11,250 bases of DNA from NCBI GenBank assembly GCA_043228905.1, contig JBHGNT010001175.1, forward strand, positions 1-11,250, given 5' to 3'. The first letter of the stretch is position 1, and each line of letters begins with the position of its first letter. The notes beneath the pieces are model-generated. The model saw only the letters and a list, made by a program, of their open reading frames with translations. It was not told the origin of the DNA and made no database searches. The translations under genes were made by a program, and so were the position numbers. The DNA comes from Azolla caroliniana. Lineage: Eukaryota; Plantae; Polypodiophyta. Positions 8,472 through 11,250 of this stretch are shown here, in pieces.

Positions 8472-10512
8472 AAAGCTCTTCCACTTTTTCCAGATTCTGT
8501 CGTGCTCTCCCCGCGCAAGGAACCGAGCAGACGGTTCACACGCAAAGAGAAGGGGAAGAAGAAGATGTCGGAATACAAAACCGGCAACGTTGAGTCGGAT
8601 CGGAGCGAATCCGACTCCGGAAAGGATGAAGTTGGATCTTCAGGAGCAAAGACCGAACCGGCCAAGAAGGGCCTTAAACCAGGTAACGATAAGTTATGCC
8701 GGTCTTCCCGCCAGAAGAACCCCGTGAAGCGGTATAGGTACAATGAGTACATGGCGCATCACTATGCATACATGACCAAGGTGGCGGAAGTGTGTGAGCC
8801 GGAGAGCTACGCAGAAGCAGAAAAGGACGCAAATTGGCGTGCCGCTATGGAGGAAGAAATGCGAGTACTTGATGCCAACGACACATGGGACCTAGTTGAC
8901 CCTCCCCGACGTTGTAAACCGATCGGATGTAAGTGGGTGTACAAGGTAAAGTACAATGCCGACGGTTCAGTTAACTAGTACAAGGCCCGGTTAGTGGCGA
9001 AGGGATACGCGCAGACCCACGGAATCGACTATGATGAGACCTTTGCTCCTGTAGGGAAGATGGTGACGGTTCGTGTGGTGTTGGCGGTTGCTGCGACAAG
9101 GGGGTGGCATCTTCACCAGATGGACGTGAATAATGCGATCTTGAAGAAGAGGTCTTCATGACCCAACCCCCTGGTTTCCAGTCGGAGATGAACAAATCGG
9201 TGGTATGTTGGCTGAAGAAGTCACTTTATGGCCTGATGCAAGCCCCTCAAGTCACCGGTTGCGTAAGATGGGGTTTGCGGCCTCCAAGTCTGACTCTTTG
9301 TTGTTCATCCGGAAAGGTCCAGATGGTCTGGTTTGCATCTTGCTGTATGTTGATGATCTAGTCATCACCGGACCTGAACTCGATGAAATCAGCCGAGTCA
9401 AGTCCCAACTGTCGGAAGCATTTGAGATGAAGGACCTGGGGGACCTTCACTATTTCCTTGGGATCGAGTTGATCCGAACCCCCGACGGCATATTGCTCTC
9501 ACAAAGAAACTATGTGTTGAGTATGATGTACAAGTTCGGCATGACGGAATGCCGACCAATCTCCACACCCCTGGACCGGAACCAGAAACTCCGTCCCGAC
9601 TCCGGACCGACCTGCGATGAGAAGCGGTTCCGACAAATCGTCGAAACCCTTATATATTTGATGATCACCCGACCCGACATCAGTTATCTGGTCGGCATGA
9701 TCAACCAATATATGCAAAAGCCGATCGTGGAGCAACTTTTGTGCGCGCATCGAATTTTGCGATATGTGAGTGGCACGAAGGACCGGGGACTGTTATACGG
9801 GCATGGTATAACCAAAGAGCTAGTCGGCTACACCGATGCCGACTAGGCCAGCGATGCATCATATCGCCGATCCACCTCCGGCTATATGTTTTCCCTTGGT
9901 AGTGCGGCTATTGCGTGGAGCAGCAAAAAGCAGCCAACAATGGCCCTTTCCAGCACTGAGGTTGAATACCGGGGCGCTACCGTTGCCACCAGAGAAGCCA
10001 TTTGGCTTCGGCGACTGCTGCAAGACCTGTGGATCGAGGTGCCGACCCCGATCCTGATCTACTACGAAAACATAAGCAACATGCAGCTCGCCAAGAACCC
10101 TGTATTCCATGCTCGCACAAAGCACATAGAAGTGCACTACCACTTCGTGCGTGAGCGTGTCCTGAGCGGTGAAGTCGAACTTCGGTATGTTCATATGGAT
10201 CGACAAGTTGCCGACATCTTCACCAAACCGTTCGGGTTGGACACGTTGCAGCACTTCACCAAAATGCTTGGTGTTCAACATCTCGACGTGCCACACTTGA
10301 GGGGGAGAACGGGCAAAGACAATAGAATGGGCAAAGGCAAAGAAATTGTTGATTGCGCTGGTGAGGGAAGAACCGACAAAGGGAGAGACAAGAAGAAGGA
10401 AGTTTCCGAGTTGACAAAGGAAGTTGACACATCCGAACAAGTCAGAACAAGCAGCAGCGACGGCAGATTCAAGAAGGACAGAGCCGATCGGAAGAAGAAG
10501 GCCAAGACCTAG
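8472..10512 (+). pseudogene. pol: Copia pol remnant: INT-RT linker, RT, RNase H, charged C-terminal extension
   Basis: [114 protein letters not shown]. Stops at 8976-8978 and 9844-9846; frameshifting deletions at about 9137 and 9248. Confidence 0.95.
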
Positions 10513-10885
10513 ACTTGGTCCAATGTGGTGAAGGGCCTGGAACCGGAAGACGAATCGGGAGCGACCGATTCGGTTCAACAGACGGATTCAAAACAACCGG
10601 ATCAATTCAAGGCCAATAGGACGAGAAGGCAGCGAAAGTCGACCCCAACATGAAGGAATCGGCAAATCAGCAAGCGCCGAAGTCACAATAGCGAGGGAGC
10701 TGAATTGGGCCTGTTGAGTAGACAAGCTGACGGAGGAGGTCGAGGTGCGCAGAATCAGAAGGGTCGCGACAAACGAGATTGGACCGGACGAGGAGCGTGA
10801 GCGAGGCGGAGTGACGCTAGAAGGAGCCGGGTGGAAGGATCGACTACCATGGAGACTGACACTACGATCTGACCTCGAGTTGAGT

Positions 10886-10896
10886 TTGAGGGGGAG
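10886..10896 (+). promoter_or_regulatory. Polypurine tract of Copia element C
   Basis: TTGAGGGGGAG immediately followed by TGTTGA, a typical Copia PPT/LTR junction. Confidence 0.88.
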
Positions 10897-11250
10897 TGTT
10901 GAGCGGCAAGCTCAACCGGATCCGGATCGGCTGAATAAGCTTGAGCCGGATCGGCATCCGGAAGGATGAGCCGGATCGGTGAGTTGGGGAGCCGGTTAGC
11001 CAGATCCAGCAATAACTGGAAACCTAGTAGCAGCCTACACTACTAGGTAGTTAATGTCTCATAGTTAGTGCCAGACGCTCATGTGAGCATTGAAGTACAC
11101 CGTACTTCTGTCAATCCTCTTAGGACTTGTCTAAATAGTGTTGTTGAGCATGTTGTATGTACAGAGAATTTTACAGAGTTTTTGATAATAGATTTAAGTT
11201 GTTCTGCTCGTTCTCTGTCTCTCTCCTGCGTACCTTCTGTGTGTTAATCT
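10897..11250 (+). repeat. 3' LTR of Copia element C (partial, probably runs off the window)
   Basis: Starts TGTTG right after the PPT; short repeated CCGGATC motifs near its start; CT-rich distal part. No second copy in the window. Confidence 0.8.

Larger units (their letters stand above)
8472..11250 (+). mobile_element. 5'-truncated Ty1/Copia LTR retrotransposon C
   Basis: Copia-type RT followed by RNase H, PPT and a TG-starting LTR. No 5' LTR, gag, PR or INT core in the window. Left boundary approximate. Confidence 0.93.

Noticed and set aside
9859-10578. 239-aa ORF on the - strand
   Set aside because: Antisense shadow of the Copia RNase H and its purine-rich extension; no recognisable domain
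10308-11012. env-like gene in the Copia 3' region (ORFs 10745-10969, 10755-11012, 10275-10505)
   Set aside because: Short ORFs, two crossing the LTR boundary, with no convincing signal peptide or transmembrane architecture

Overview
Eukaryotic repeat DNA made entirely of three decayed LTR retrotransposons; no host gene is supported. The host is probably a non-seed land plant (inferred from the element lineages). (A) An older Ty3/Gypsy element on the - strand: RNase H-integrase, plus a probable 3' LTR at the left of the window. Its RNase H is split by (B), a structurally complete Ty3/Gypsy chromovirus of Tcn1/Tf1-sushi type (2437-8108, - strand). B has two LTRs (456 and 444 bp, about 97% identical by manual alignment), a GATAT target-site duplication, and gag plus PR-RT-RH-INT-chromodomain, all pseudogenised. 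(C) A 5'-truncated Ty1/Copia element on the + strand (RT-RNase H, PPT, start of 3' LTR) abuts element A at about 8470 with no LTR. The notable cis-signals are a tRNA-like A-box/B-box segment at the outer end of both B LTRs, a candidate self-priming PBS, a -1 frameshift cassette at the gag/pol junction, and a duplicated PPT flanking about 580 bp of extra sequence in the Copia element.
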